From Mustelus asterias (lineage: Eukaryota): DNA of 64,000 nt. The stretch lies in assembly GCF_964213995.1 (NCBI RefSeq), contig NW_027590155.1, forward strand, positions 558,001 to 622,000, read 5' to 3'. The first letter of the stretch is position 1; each line of letters opens with the position of its first letter. This document shows positions 22,706-37,602 of this stretch, piece after piece. The position numbers and the translations under genes are program-made. The notes under the pieces were generated by a model. That model was not told where the DNA came from. It saw only the letters and a list, made by a program, of their open reading frames with translations, and made no database searches.

Positions 22706-25533
22706 CATAGAACATAGAGCAGTACAGCACAGTAGAGGCCCTTTGGCCCTCGATGTGGTGCCGAGCTTTGTCCGAAACCAAGAACAAGCTCTCCCACTCG
22801 CTATCATTCTGGTGTGCTCCATGTGCATATCAAATCACCGCTTGAAAGTTCCTAAAGTTTCCGACTCCACTTTCACAGCAGGCAGTCCATTCCACACCCC
22901 AACCACTCTCTGAGTAAAGAACCTACCTCTGATATCCCTCCTATATCTCCCACCGTGAACCTTATAGTTATGCCCCCCAGTAACAGCTACATCCACCCAA
23001 GGAAATAGTCTTTGACCGTCCACTCTATCTATCCCCCTCATCATCTGATCAACCTCTATTAAGTCGCCTCTCATCCTCCTCCGCTCTAATGAGAAAAAGC
23101 CCTAGCTCCCTCAACCTTTCCTCATAATACCTACCCTCCAAACCAGGCAGCATCCTGGTAAATTTCCTGTGCACTCTCTCCAATGCTTCCACATCCTTCT
23201 TATAGTGAGGTGACCAGAACTGCATACAATATTCCAAATGAGGTCTCACCAAGGTCCTGTACAGTTGCAGCATAAGCCCATGGCTCTTAAACCCAAACCC
23301 CCTGTTAATAAACGCTAACACACTATAGGCCTTCTTCACGGCTCTATCCACTTGAGTGGCAACCTTCAGAGATCTGTGGATATGAACCCCAAGATCTCTC
23401 TGTTCCTCCACGTTCCTCAGAACCCTGCCGTTGACTCTGTACTCCGCATTCAAATTTGTCCTACCAAAATGAATCACCTCGCACTGATTAGGGTTAAACC
23501 CCATCTGCCATTTTTCGGCCCAGCTCTGCTTTGCAGCCTACATCAGCTCTCCACCTCATCCACTACTCCACCAATCTTGGTGTCATCAGCAAACTTACTG
23601 ACCCACCTTTCAGCCCCCTCCTCCAAGTCATTGATAAAAATTACAAATAGCAGAGGACACAGCACTGAACGGCCTTCACAACACACGACGGCGCAGAGTC
23701 GCTGAGCAGAAACTGATAGCCAAGTTCCGCACACATGAGGACAGCCTCAACCGGGATATTGGGTTCATATCACACTATCTGTAATCCCCACAGCTTGCCT
23801 GGACTCGCAGTGTCTCACTGGCTGTCCTGTCTGGAGACAATACACATTTCTTTAACCTGTCTTAATGCTCTCTCCACTCACATTGTTTGTACCTTTAAGA
23901 CATGATTAGCTGTAAGTATTCGCATTCCAACCATTATTCTGTAAATTGAGTTTGTGTCTTTATATGCCCTTTTGTGATTAGAATTCCCACTCACCTGAAG
24001 AAGGAGCTTAAGGCTCCGAAAGCCTGTGGCTTTTGCTACCAAATAAGCCTGTTGGACTTTGACCTGCTGTTGTTAAACTTCTTTCTATGAGATAACCAGT
24101 TACTTATCCAATTGGCCAAATTTCCCTCTATCCACACCTCCCTTACTTTCTTCATGAGCCGACCTTAGGGAACCTTATCAAACGCCTTACGATAATCCAT
24201 GTATACGACACCAACTGTTCTACCTTCATCTACTTACTTAGTTAACTCCTCAAAGAATTCAATCAAATTTGTGAGGCAAGACTTACCCTTCACGGATCCG
24301 TGCTGACTATCCCGGATTAAGCGGCATCCTTCCAAATGGTCGTAAATCCTATCCCTCAGGACCTTTTCCATTAACTTACCAACCACCGAAGTAAGACTAA
24401 CCGGTCTATAATTACCAGGGTCATTTCTATTCCCTTTCTTGAACAGAGGAACAACATTCGCCACTCTCCAGTCCTCTGGCACTATCCCCGTGGACAGTGA
24501 GAACCCAAAGATCAAAGCCAAAGACTCTGCAATCTCATCCCTTCCTCCCAAAGAATCCTACGATATATCCCATCTGGCCCAGGGGACTTATCGACCCTCA
24601 GGTTTTTCAAAATTGCGAATACATCTTCCCTCAGAACATCTACCTCCTCCAGCCTATCAGTCTGTATCACACCCTCATCTTCAAAAACATGGCCCCTCTC
24701 CGTGGTGAACACTGAAAAAAGTATTCATTCATCACCTCTCCTATTTCTTCTGACTCCATGCACAAGTTCCCACTACTATCCTTGACCGGCCCTAACCTCA
24801 CCTTGGTCATTCTTTTATTTCTTACATAAGAGTAAAAAGCCTTGGGGTTTTCCTTGATCCGACCCGCCAAGGACTTCTCATGCCCCCTCCTAGCTCTCCT
24901 GAGCCCTTTTTTAGCTCATTCCTTGCTACCTTGTAACCCTCAAGCGACCCAACTGAACCTTGTTTTCTCATCTTACATCCGCTTCCTTTTTCCTCTTGAC
25001 AAGACATTCAACCTCTTTTGTGAACCATGGTCCCCTCACTCGGCCAGTTCCTCCATGCCTGACAGGGACATACCTATCAAGGACACGCAATATTTGTTCC
25101 TTGAACAAGCTCCAATTTTCATTTGTGCCTTTCCCTGACAGTTTCTGTACCCATCATATGCTCCCTAATTCTTGCCTAATCGCATCATAATTACCCCTCC
25201 CCCAATTATAAACCTTGCCCTGCCGTATGGTCCTATCCCTCTCCATTGCAATAAGGAAATACACCGAATTGTGGTCACTGTCTTCAAAGTGCTCTCCCAC
25301 AAACAAATCTAATACTTGGCCCGGTTCATTACCCAGTACCAAGTCCAACGTGGCCAAACCTCTTGTCGGCCTATCCACATATTGTGTCAGGAACCCCTCC
25401 TGCACACTCTGTACAAAAACTGCCCCATCCGAACTATTCGACCTATAAAGGTTCCAATCAATATTTGGAAAGTTAAAGTCACCCATGACAACTAACCTGT
25501 GACCTCCACACCTATCCATAATCTGCTTTGCAA
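22706..25533 (-). mobile_element. CR1 LINE ORF2 (APE + RT, frameshifted) with a Penelope-like insert near 23665-24080
   Basis: [30 protein letters not shown] and LVRPHLEYC motifs in consecutive minus-strand ORFs. Confidence 0.9.
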
Positions 25534-26139
25534 TGGTAGTCATTAGATTTTTGATTCCACATTTTTACTTCATTCAAAGTTCAGTAACAATCTTTGTGGG
25601 ATTCGAGTCCCCTTTGCTCAGTAGTTATTCCATTTATCTATGTTCTTACGTGGAACACCACCCCCGACTGAACATCTGGAAAAGTGAAGAAGCACTGATT
25701 ATGGAGAGGGGGGGGGGGGGCGTTGAATCCAGTTCCACCAATTTCACCAGGGAGGGGGAACACCGAGATGGAGACTTTGCAAAACTTCTGAAACTGTCGA
25801 GTTTCTTACAGGATCTGAAAGCAGCAAACACATCCAAGAGATACCATTGAAAATATTCTCCAGGAGCCTGTGTTGATTTAGACACAAACCAGATTCCTGG
25901 TCATTCACTGAACAAAGAACCGGGGAGTTTTCAGATGCTTTTACTCAGTATACTTTTATGCCGTTAACAATACTGTCCCCAGCATAAATGCCAATCGGTG
26001 ACTGATACCCAGGATGATTTTTGGGTATGTTTTAATCAGATACGATTGTAGAGTTATATCCATCACATTCCATTGAAACCACTGATTCGATTGAGAACAA
26101 TCCGAATGGTCTCACTGCCCCACTTACTCCACAAATCCT

Positions 26140-29100
26140 GTGGATTTGTGGAATACGTCTGTTGTTCCCAATGTAGGATGTGGGAGGTCCTGGAGGCTCC
26201 TGGTCTCCCAGACGTCCATATCTGTGATGGATGTGTCGAGCTGTGGTTCCGAAGGGACCGTGTTAGAGAACTGAAAGTGCAGCTCGAGGATCTTCGTCTG
26301 GTTAGGGAAAATGAGGAGGTGATAGACAGGAGCTATCATCAGGTGGTCACACCAGGGCCATGGGAGGCAGGCAAGTGGGTAACGGCCAGGAGGAGGAAAG
26401 CTCAGGTGATAGAGAGCACCCCGGTGGATGTGCCCCTTCACAATACGTACTCCTGTCTGAATACTGCTGTGGGGGACAGCCCACCTGGGGGAAGCAGCAG
26501 TGGCTGTGTCTCTGGAGCAGGGTCCGGCCCTGTAACTCAGAGGGCTAAAGAAAGGAGAAGGAAGGCAGTATTAATCGGGGACTCAACAGTAAGGGGGTCG
26601 GACAGGCGTTTTTGCGGAGGCAGACTGGAGTCTCGGATGATGGTCTGCCTCCCGGGTGCCGGGATCCGCGATGTCTCTGGTCACGTCCCAGAAATCCTGA
26701 GGAGGGAGGGAGAGGAGCCAGAGGTCGTGGTACATATTGGTACCGCTGACATAGGTAGGAAGAGGGAAGGGGTCATGAAAAGAGAATATAGGGAGTTAGG
26801 TAGAGAATTGAGAAGGAGGAACGCAAAGGTAGTAATCTGAGGATTACTGCCTGTGCCACGGGAAAGTGAGAGCAGGACTGGAGTGAGGTGGAGGATGAAT
26901 GCGTGGCTGAGGGATTGGAGCAGGGGGCAGGGATTCGGGTTCCTGGATCATTGGGACCTCTTTAGGGGCAGGTGTGACCTGTATAAAAAAGACGGGTGGC
27001 ACTTGAATCCCAGGGGGACCAATATCCTGGCAGGAAGGTTGGCTAAGGCTACTGGAGAGACATTAAACTAGAAAGGTTGGGGGAGGGAATCGAGATGAGG
27101 TGACTGGGAGCGAGGAGGGTATCCCACAAATAGAGAGGGATTGTAGACAGCGGAAGAGGGAGAATAGACGGGTGATAGAGAACGGGAGAGCTCAGACCAA
27201 TGGTTTGAGATATGTCTATTTTAATGCCAGGAGTGTAGTAAATAAAGTGGATGAGCTTAGAGTGTGGATCGATGCTTGGAAGTGTGATGTGGTGGCCATT
27301 ACGGAGACTTGGGGACAGGGACAGGACTGGACACTTCAGGTGCCGGGTTTCCGATGTTTCAGAAAGGACAGAGAGGGAGGCAGAAGAGCGGGGGGAGTGG
27401 CACTGCTGATCAGGGATATTGTCACAGCTGTAGAGAAGGTGGAAGCCGTGGAGGGGTTGTCTACGGAGTCTCTGTGGGTGGAAGTTCGGAGCGGGAAGGG
27501 GTCGATAACTTTGCTGGATGTTTTCTATAGGCCGCCCAATAGTGACAGGGCTGCTGAGGAGCAGATAGGGAAACAGATCCTGGAGAGATGTAGTAATAAC
27601 GGTTGTCGTGTTGGGAGAGTTTAATTTCCCAAACATTGATTGGAATATCCCTAGGGTAAGGGGCTTGGATGGGGAGGAGTTTGTGAGTTGTGTACAGGAG
27701 GGTTTCCTGACACAGCATGTGGATAAACCTACAAGAGGAGAGGCTGTACTCGATCTGGTACTGGCTAATGAGCCTGGACAGGTGTCGGATCTCTCAGTGG
27801 GGGAGCATCTTGGGGATAGTGATCATAACTCTATCTCCTTTATGCTAACATTGGAAAGAGATAGGATCAGGCAAGCTCGAAAGGTGTTTATCTGGAGTAA
27901 GGGGAAATATGAAGCCATCAGGCAGGAGATAAGCGGCATAAATTTGAAGGAGGTACTCTCGAGGGAAAGTACCGAAGTAAGGTGGCAGATTTTCAAGGAA
28001 TGGTTGTCTGGAGTTCGACATCACAACGTTCCGATGAGACAGGGAGGTTTTGGTAGGTTACGGGAACCGTGGTGCACGAAAGCTATGCTGAACCTAGTCA
28101 AAAGGAAAAGGAAAGCGTACAATAGGTTCAGAGAGTTGGCGATGATGGGGATCTAGATGAGTATACGGCTTGTAGGGAGGGACTGAAGAAGGAAATTAGG
28201 AGAGCCAGAAGGGGTCACGAGAAGGCCTTGGCAGGTCAGATTAAGGAGAACCCTAAGGCGTTCTATAAATATGTGAAGAGTTAAAGGATGAGATGTGAAG
28301 GAATAGGACCTATAAAAGCTGAAGGTGAGAAAGTCTGTATGGAACCGGAAGAAATAGCAGAGGTGCTTAATGAATGCTTTACCTCGGTATTCACGGTGGA
28401 AAAAGACCTGGGTGGTTGTACTACAGGATTGCGGCGGACTGAGAAGATTGAGTTTGTCGACATTAAGAAAGAAGATGTGTTGGAAATTTTGAATAAAATC
28501 AAGTTAGATAAGTCGCCGGGACCGGATGGGATGTACCCCAGGTTACCGTGGGAGGCGAGGGAAGAGATTGCAGAGCCTCTGTCGATGATCTTTGCGTCGT
28601 CGATGGAGACGCGAGAGGTTCCGGAGGATTGGAGGATTGTAGATGTGGTTCCTATATTCAAGAAAGGGAATAGGGATAGACCACGAAATTACCGACCGGT
28701 CAGTCTAACCTCAGTGTTTGGTAAGTTGATGGAGAAGATCCTGAGGGACAGGATTTATGAACATTTAGAGAAGTTTAGTATGCTCAGAAGTAGTCAGCAC
28801 GGCTTTGTCAAAGGCAAATCGTGCCTTACGAGCCTGGTGGAGTTCTTTGAAAATGTGACTAAACACGTTGATGAAGGAAAAGCGGTAGATGTAGTTTACA
28901 TGGACTTCAGCAAGGCGTTCGATAAGGTCCCCCATGCAAGACTTCTTGAGAAAGTGAGAGGGCATGGGATCCAAGGGGCTGTTGCCTTGTGGATCCAGAA
29001 CTGGCTTGCCTGCAGAAGGCAGAGAGTGGTTGTAGATAGGTCTTTTTCTGAATGGAGGTCGGTCACCAGTGGAGTGCCCCAGGGATCTGTTCTGGGACCC

Positions 29101-30057
29101 TTGCTGTTTGTCACTTTCATAAATGACCTGGATGAGGAAGTGGAGGGATGGGTTGGTAAGTTTGCCGACGACACGAAGGTTGGTGGTGTTGTGGATAGTT
29201 TGGAGGGATGTCAGAAGCTGCAGTGTGACATAGATAGAATGCAAGACTGGGCGGAGAAGTGGCAGATGGACTTCAACCCGGATAAATGTGTAGTGGTACA
29301 CTTTGGCAGGTCAAATGGAATGAAGGAGTATAATATCAAGGGTAAGACTCTTAGCAGTGTGGAGGATCAGAAGGACCTTGGGGCCCGGGTCCATAAGTCC
29401 ATCTGCCACTTCTCCGCCCAGTCTTGCATTCTATCTATCGGCCTCACAGGTAGAGGAGGTGGTTAAGAAGGCGTATGGTGTGCTGGCCTTCATCACTTGA
29501 GGGATTGAGTTTAGGAGTCGGGAGATAATGATGCAGTTTTATAAGACCCTCGTCAGATGTAGAAATTATTGAAAGGGTGCGGAGAAGATTTACAAGGATG
29601 TTGCCTGGATTGGGTGGCATGCCTTATGAGGATAGGTTGAGAGAGCTCGGTATTTTCTCGTTGGAGAGACGAAGGATGAGAGGTGACCTGATAGAGGTGT
29701 ACAAGATGTTGAGAGGTATAGATCGGGTGGATTCTCAGAGGCTTTTTCCCAGGGCTGAAATGGCTGCTACGAGAGGACACAGGTTTAAGCTGCTGGGGAG
29801 CAGGTACAGAGGAGATGTCAGGGGTAAGTTTTTCACTCAGAGGATGGTGGGTGAGTGGAATCGGCTGCCGTCAATGGTGGTGGAGGCAAGCTCGATAGGG
29901 TCTTTTAAGAGACTTCTGGATGAGTACATGGGACTTAATAGGATTGAGGGTTGTAGGTAAGCCTATATATAGGTCAAAGTAGGTAGGGACATGACCGGCG
30001 CAACTTGTGGGCCGAAGGGCTTATTTGTGCTGTAGTTTTTCTATGTTCTATGTTCTA
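26140..30057 (+). mobile_element. Near full-length CR1 LINE (ORF1 Zn-finger/SGNH esterase; ORF2 APE-RT, disrupted)
   Basis: ORF1 CSQCRMW..C..C, LIGDS and VVHIGT; ORF2 YFNARS, ITETW, YRPP, GVPQGSVLGP and FADD; TTCTATG tail. Confidence 0.93.
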
Positions 30058-31420
30058 AATACATTTATGTTCCCGCTGAAACCGTCTATTCCATCCTCAA
30101 CGGAAGTTATCACTCAGAATGCATCCAGCACCCATCCAGGCTTGCCTTTCGGATTACCCTGGATATCATTGATATAAAATATCCAAGGAGAGGCAGTTGT
30201 ATTGGCGGGAAGAAAAATGTTTAAATGGCTCAGGTTGAAGATGATTTTCTCCAGTTTAGAGTGGCCCCGGAGTAGCGTCAGTGTTACCTGGCAAGTTGCA
30301 ATGTTTCAGGAGCTGCCCATTAATTAGGGCGGGGGAACTGGTTCCATAGTGATTTTCAAAGGAGAGACAGTTCAGTGTTGGCAATGTCTACATTGTAAGT
30401 GCTTTGTGCCAATTGTGGGAAGGTGGGAACAAGTCGGGAAAGACTTTGACTGATAAAATCTCCCAACTAGGTAAAACAGAAAGTTTATAGGATTATCACG
30501 ACATCGGACTTCTTCTCCATGGTCGCTCCTATCCTGCTCTAACAGTATATGTTGAATTATTAGTGGTTGACGGAAGTCGATGCTGGACTATGGGGAGATG
30601 GTGGCCCACTGGTATTGTCACTGGATCAATAATTTAAAGACCCAGGTTACTGATTCGGGGAAGAAATGTCAAATCTGATCAAGGCAGTTGGTGAAATTTG
30701 AAAACAACAAAATAAAATCTGATGACGACCATTGTCGATGGCTCTAAAACCCCATCTTGTTCATTAATGCGGCTTTGCGGAAGGAAATGTGCCGTCCTTA
30801 CCTGGCCTGGCATAGACGTGACTCAAGATACAGAGTAATGTGGTTGAAACTGAAATGTTTCTGGTCAATGGCAACACTCAGAATTTTTCAGGTATGAAAG
30901 CAGCATTTTAGAAGCATCTCGATGAACTCTTCAAACCTTTTATATACAAGGCAATGGACCAAGTGCTGGAACACGTAGCTGTTTGATGGCGAAGACAGAC
31001 AAAAATGGATGAAGGGCTGTAAAATTCCATGGCCTAATGACTAACTCACCAGCTCCCCTTTCAATTCGGCCATGGGACAATAAACGCCTAACAGAGAAGA
31101 CAAACTATTTAGTATCACATCCAAAAGTGGATGTGTGACATTGTATAAGTTCCTCAGTTTTGTCATTGGAGCAGTGGGATTGGGCTGGAATCCCCAACGA
31201 TTTCGAGATGATAACCTTACACAAAATTAACCAGGAGAAATGAGGTGCGGAAGTTGATCACTACTGAGACAGAAGACAGCTGAAACCTGCCATGTGTACA
31301 GAAAAACATGCATTGTTGCCACTTCTCAAACCTCCTTCGACAGTACTTTAAATCCCACGAGCTCTACCTTCTTGAAGGCCAGGGCCAGCAGCCACATTGG
31401 AATCACCATCGCCTGGAAGT

Positions 31421-32106
31421 TGTTAAGGTGTCAACAAGTATGTTACGAATCCCATATGTTAGGTTATGACTAGACCTCAACCGTGTTTCAATTTTGACAT
31501 TAGTGTGAGGATAAGGTGTTTCGCTCCAGGTCTGATTCCATTGACACACAAGGAAGCGCTTATCAAAACTAACTTCATTTAACAGTACAGTTTGACCATA
31601 ACGAACGAATTAGTTTCACTTTTCCCAATTGAAATGCTTAGCTTAACAACATGCAATTCATAGCCGCTAATTCATCCCTATTAGTTCAAATTCAAGCAAT
31701 ATTCCTCTGATCGACTTGGACTCCTCTTCAAAATCATTAACAATCCCCTGCTTATGCGCTTGGACTTGTTAAAAGTCCTAAAACACCTCTGGAGAGAGAG
31801 GCAGACAGAGAGACTCCTGTCTTCTGCCAGCCCCACACAGCAGCCTTCAGAGAGAGAGAGAGATAGACAGAGAGAGAAATACCTCTTTCTTCTTTCAGGA
31901 CCAAGCAGAAACTGACTGTTTAAAAATAAAATAAAGCATTATGTTTTCCTTGCAAGCCCATTCACATGACCTTGCCTCTGCTAATCAACTCAATCAAAGC
32001 CCTACTCTGAAACCACAGGGGAAAAACCAAAATAAACAAAAATGCATTAACTCAGATTAAAATAAACACATACTTAGCTAAAATGAACCATTTGCCTGCA
32101 TTAACA
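31421..32106. mobile_element. Possible solo-LTR-like element
   Basis: TGTTAA...TTAACA inverted ends and internal (AG)n, but no convincing TSD. Confidence 0.4.
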
Positions 32107-32114
32107 GTATTCTC

Positions 32115-33190
32115 TGGGTTGGCCATAGAAGAGAGAGGGTAGCGGTGGAAGGGTGTTTTTTTTCCGAATGGAGGTCTGGTAGCTAGTGGTGTTCTGCAGT
32201 GATCAGTGCTGGGACCTCTGCTGTTCGTAATATATATCTAAATGGCTTGGAAGTAAACGTAGCTGCTCTGATTAGCAAATTTGCGGATGATACTAAGATT
32301 GGCAGAGTTGTGGATAGTGATGAAGATTGTCAGGGAACACCACAGGATATAGACAACCTGGAAAAATGGGTGGAGATCTGGCAGATGGAATTTAACCTGA
32401 ACAAATGCGAGGTGATGCATTTTGGTTGATCCAATTGAGGTGGGAGCCATGAAATAAATGGCAGAACCATCAGGGGCATAGACACACAGAGAGATTTGAG
32501 AGTAAGGTCCACAGATCCTTAGAAGTGGGAGCACAGATGGAAAAGGTGGCAAAGAAAGCATATGGCATGCTTGCCTTCATCGGACAGGGCATCGAGTATA
32601 AAAGTTGGCAAATTATGTTACAGTTGGATGAAACTTTGGTTCGGCCACATTTTGAATAGTGTGTCTAATTCTGGTCACCACACTACCAGAAGGATGTGGA
32701 GGCTTTGGGGAGAGTGCAGAAAAGGTTTACCAGGATGTTGCCTGGTATGGAGGGTATTAGCTATGAGGAGAGATTGAATAAACTGGGATTGTTCTCCCTG
32801 GAAAGACGCAGGCTGAGGGGCGATCTGATAGAAGTTTATAAAGTTATGGAAGCTATAGATAGAGTGAACAATTGGAAGCTTTTTCCCAGGGCAGAAATGA
32901 CAATTACAAGGGGGCAGCAAGTGCAAGATAAGGGGGGGAAGGTTCAGTGCAGATGCGTGGAGGAAGTTTCTTACACAGAGGGCGGTGGGGGTCTGGAATG
33001 CATTGCCATGTGAGGTGATTGAGGCAGTCACTTTAATAACATTTGAGACATATCTTGATAGGCATATGAAGAAACGGGGAACAGAACGATATAAGCGGTT
33101 GGTCTAGATAAGACAACATGATCGGCACAGGCTCAGAGGGCCGAAGGGCCTATTGCTGTGCTGTACTGTCGTTTGTTATTTGTTCTTTGT
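32115..33190 (+). mobile_element. CR1 LINE 3' half, degraded
   Basis: KFADDTKIG and RVQKRFTRMLPG motifs. Confidence 0.85.
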
Positions 33191-35282
33191 GCAGACAAAT
33201 CGGCCCCCGTAAAACAGAGTTGAATTTTAAACATACCTCTTACAAGAAACATGATAGAAATTAATTTCTTAAAGGCACAGTATCGTTACTTGTTCCCCTC
33301 CAAATCGCTCACCATTCCAACTTCTAAATATATCACTGTTTCTTAACTGTCGCGGGACGAAAATCCTGGAATTCTCTCCCTAACAGCACTGTGGGTGTAA
33401 ACATCAGAAAATTAAATCTAATGGTGACCCAATTTGATTGCTACCAAAACCCACCACTTTCACTGATGACCCTGTGGGGAAGGAGACCTGCTATCTCTGC
33501 TTGGTTTATCCTGCTCGTGACTCAATATCCACAGCAAGTGATTGACTCTGGAATAGCCTCGCAAAACATTTATTTGAAGTGATGGGTAACAGGTAAGAAA
33601 TCCAGAGAGTTTTTCAGGAGAAACTATATTGCACAACGAGTGTTGAAAACGTGGAACTTCCTCTCACAAAACGTAATTTTGGCCAATTCCATGAATATAT
33701 TCATGGGGAAGTAAGAAGCACAGAAGGGCAAGTGACGATTAGAATGATATAGGTGTGAGAGAAAGGCGGGAGAGAAGCGGCTCTTGTGGGGCATCGACAG
33801 CAGCATAATATTTAGCACCTGCACTTACCCTTTCAGCGCGTCGAGGCTGCTGCGCCATTTAACATGAGTGTGGTTGATCCGTGACTTCAAATCTACCGCC
33901 CTGTTCGTTACTATATCTCTGAATCCACCTAAAACACATTGATTTACGTTTCAAATGCATTCAACAACTGAACAGGCATAGTTCCCTGGCGGTGGACAGT
34001 AGAAAGCGCTGTACATCCCCTTCTAGCTTCTATGTGCCCCCCTCACAGCTTGTATTCCCATCTGTCCTTGTAAAATGTACAAACCCAGATATATTATCAT
34101 CTCGCTTTTCGTGTAGCTCATTGATGGAGAATGCAAATAGACTTAGCCATGAGCCTTAATGCACACTGACTGGCAGCAATGACCAATGTTAACATCTCCC
34201 GTTCAAGGGGAGGTGGACACGTCGCGGTAAAGTTACTGGTTTAATAATCCTGGGACCCCAGATCATTCTCAGGGGACTTGGGTTCGAGCCTCAACATGGA
34301 AGCAGATGGCGAAATTTCAGTTCAATAAAAATCTGGAATTAGAAGTTTAATGATGACCATGAAAGCATTGTTGATTTCCTTTTTTTAAAAAAAAGCAATC
34401 TGCATTTTAGAGAAGAGTATCTGACATCCTTCCATCGCTTGGGCAACATGGGACTCCAAAAAATGCCCCGACAGGGTCTTGAAAGGCATCCTGTTAAAAG
34501 GGAGGGGGGGGGGGGGGAGCAACAGGTGATGGGCAATAAATGTTAGCCCAGACAGCGACGTCCACATTCCATTAATGAGTTAAAAATATCCATGCTCTGA
34601 TTCTGCCCATTACCCTCGCCGTGCTAATATTTGGCTGCCAACTGTACTGTCACTTGTCTTGCCTATTGACATCGTGTTTGCTTGTTTATTGAATGTATTT
34701 TTGGAAATTCAAGTCTACTGCCTCCACTTGATCTATTTTGCGACTTGCAAACTCAAAGGTATTAATGCGTTCCTCAAAGTGAATTTCTTTTCGTAAAACC
34801 TGATGGACCAATCTATGATTTTCGAGGTGCTTTATTAAGACTGCCTCAATAACAGATTGCAGCTCTTTCCAGCCGGCTGACGTGTAGCTGAAGGAAAAAA
34901 GTTGTACAGTAGTTCCCTGTTTCCTCCCTTTCCCCCTTCATTCTTTAAGAGGAGTTTCAATAGCTGCATGAGTAAGAAAGAGACAAATATAACGTTGTGT
35001 TGGACGGTTGGATGAAGGAGGTTCAGAAATGTCCGTTGGCCTTTAACAATGATATGGATCAGCTAGTTCGAATGTCATGTACAATTTATGCAATTGTCTG
35101 GAAAGTACAATGTATTTAAGTGAACTTGTAACTTGTAGATTTTTGTAGTCTAGATTCTGGGTTCCACTGAAATAGGTAACACAAACATGACTTTGCATTT
35201 CAGACAGGTTCCTAACATTCGAATAGAACACAGCAATGGATTCATTTGCACACTGAAGTAATACTTTAAATATTCTCTGGTC

Positions 35283-35650
35283 GTGACCTGATAGAGGTTT
35301 ACAAGATGTTGAGAGGTCTGGATAGGGTAGACTCTCAGAGGCTATTTCCAAGGGCTGAAATGGTTGCTACGAGAGGACACAGGTTTAAGGTGCTGGGGGT
35401 AGGTACAGAGGAGATGTCAGGGGTAAGTTTTTCACTCAGAGGGTGGTGGGTGAGTGGAATCGGCTGACGTCGGTGGTGGTGGAGGCAAACTCGTTGGGGT
35501 CTTTTAAGAGACTTCTGGATGAGTACATGGGATTTAATGGGATTGAGGGCTATAGATAGGCCTAGAGGTGGGGATGTGATCGGCGCAACCTGTGGGCCGA
35601 AGGGCCTGTTTGTGCTGTGGCTTTCTATGTTCTATGTTCTATGTTCTATA
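35283..35650 (+). mobile_element. Short 5'-truncated CR1, same subfamily as 26140-30057
   Basis: Close match by eye to 29682-30057; (TTCTATG)n tail. Confidence 0.85.
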
Positions 35651-37335
35651 ACCTGGCGGCAAAGATTCATGGAGTCAGACTCTGTCATTGTGAAATCTAT
35701 TGGTGGGTTATGTAGCTCCTCAGCCGGGTGTTAAGTGTAATTCTACTGTGACGCTTTTATATCGCAAGTATCCATTTAATTATGACGAAGGGAATTTTCA
35801 ATGGAAAGTAGGACAGGAAGTAGCACATCTTGCATTTAGAATTTCTGCATCCCCAGTATCTCGAAGGGGATGGCAAAAATCAATTTTGCATCGGTTTGTC
35901 ACATTACGTGTACAAAGAGATTTTTAACAATCCTCTATTTTGTCCGCTATTCAACTTCATTTGTGTGTGGAGATATCCCCATGCCTTTGTTACCTCTGGG
36001 TTCGCCTTTCAAGTTTTATATCCCACATTCCTCACTGCATTAACTTCAGTTGGTCCAAACTATAATATCCAGAACTTCACTCCCTCCAAGTCTGGCTGAT
36101 CTCGGGCAAGAGGTGCCGTAGTGTCACGGTCAGGTTGCTGTATTAGCGATTAGCCAGAGCCACGGGCTCTCTGCAAGTGGGTTCAAATCTCACCATGGCA
36201 AGTTATTTGAATTGCAACTCAAGTCATAAACTTGGAAGGGAAGGTTTTGTACTCAGTCATGTTCACTGTGAATCTGGTTCAATTATTCCTTTTAACGTTA
36301 TCTACCAACCTTACGTGGTCTGACTGCACATTGACAGCAATGGACAGACCTCTGGATTGACGTAACAATCCGATTTGATTTGATTTAATTTGCTTTATTA
36401 TTGTCACAGATATTAGTACACAGTGAAAAGTATTGTTTCATGCATCATATGCAAACAAAGCATACAGTTCATAGAGAAGGAAAGGAGACAGTGCAGAATG
36501 TATTGTTACAGTCATAGCTAGGGTGGAAAGAAAGTTCAACTTAGTGCGAGGTAAGTCCATTCAAAAGTCTGATGGTGGCAGGAAAGAAGCTGTTCTTGAG
36601 TCTGTTGGTATGTGTCCTCAAACTTTTGAATTTTTTTCCCGACGGAAGAAATTGGAAGAGTGTACATCCGGGGTGTGTGGGGTTCTTGATTTTTGCTGGC
36701 TGCTTTTTCGAAGCAGCGGGAAGTGTTTCAATGGATGGGAGGCTGGTTTGCTTGTCCGACTGGGCTTCGTTCACGGACCTTTGTAGTTCGAATCCATTCA
36801 GTTCAGTGCAATTAGGGATGTCATACTAAGTAAAAACAAAACTATATTGGCTTCTGGGTAAACATCAGAGTTCCCGTCATTCTCATAGTTGCTCTTTTCT
36901 CCATCTTTGTAACCTTCTCCAACCTGTATGCCTTTCAGTCTGTTGTTGCTCCAGTTTTGGCCTTTTGAAAGTGCCCCAAATTCCTTTGGCCCCCTCAATC
37001 CGCGAGCGTGCCTTTAAGAGCCTTGTTCCTGAGCTGGAGAATTCTCTACGTTAACCACTCACCGCCGCCCCCGTCCACCCACTCTGTTTACCTACCTCCA
37101 TTCCTTTAATAATGTTCCTGAAAACTTACCTCACCTTCAGCACATCCTGCTGGTCATCTAACCCCACAGTTTTTCTGTGCAAAACATATTTTTCGCCAGC
37201 GCTCGTGTGAAATCCCATGGACCGTTTTACTCGGGCTTTATCGGAGTGGAATTGATAGCTGCATTTATCAGCGAGATTCTGCTCTAGCAGCTGAAGTTAT
37301 ACATCTGACAGTAGCAGCAGCAACAGCTGCTGACG

Positions 37336-37418
37336 AGTTTTTGTTCTGGCATGTATCACTGTGGTGGGCTACGTGGGACCACAGTAGCTGAATCTCCCTC
37401 AACGCCCGTACAATAACC
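37336..37418 (+). other. TRDD: TCR delta D segment (coding 37364-37379, GTGGGCTACGTGGGAC), 12/23 RSSs
   Basis: AGTTTTTGT-12-CACTGTG (37357-37363), G-rich 16-nt core open in all three frames (VGYVG, WATWD, GLRG), CACAGTA (37380-37386)-23-ACAATAACC. Confidence 0.93.
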
Positions 37419-37602
37419 TCCCAGCCTCACAGGAGTTCACCAACCTCTCTCAATAGCACCCCTCTCAGCCCACTCCCCGCCGCTGACTCCCAACCCCACC
37501 GTGATGTTGACCGAGTTTATCCTATTACTGGTCTGACCCAGCCCTAATCAAATCAGTCAGACACAGGACAGAGAGAGAGAGAGTGGTGAACGGGACCCCA
37601 GT

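Noticed and set aside
31155-31230. Possible decayed second D-delta
   Set aside because: Both candidate heptamers lack CAC/GTG and the spacer lengths are off; not distinguishable from chance.
36242-36270. AGGTTTTGT-13-CACTGTG as an extra D or J signal
   Set aside because: No 3' heptamer or FGxG frame follows, and it lies in SINE-like sequence.
37497-37503. CACCGTG between D and J1
   Set aside because: No nonamer at 12 or 23 nt.
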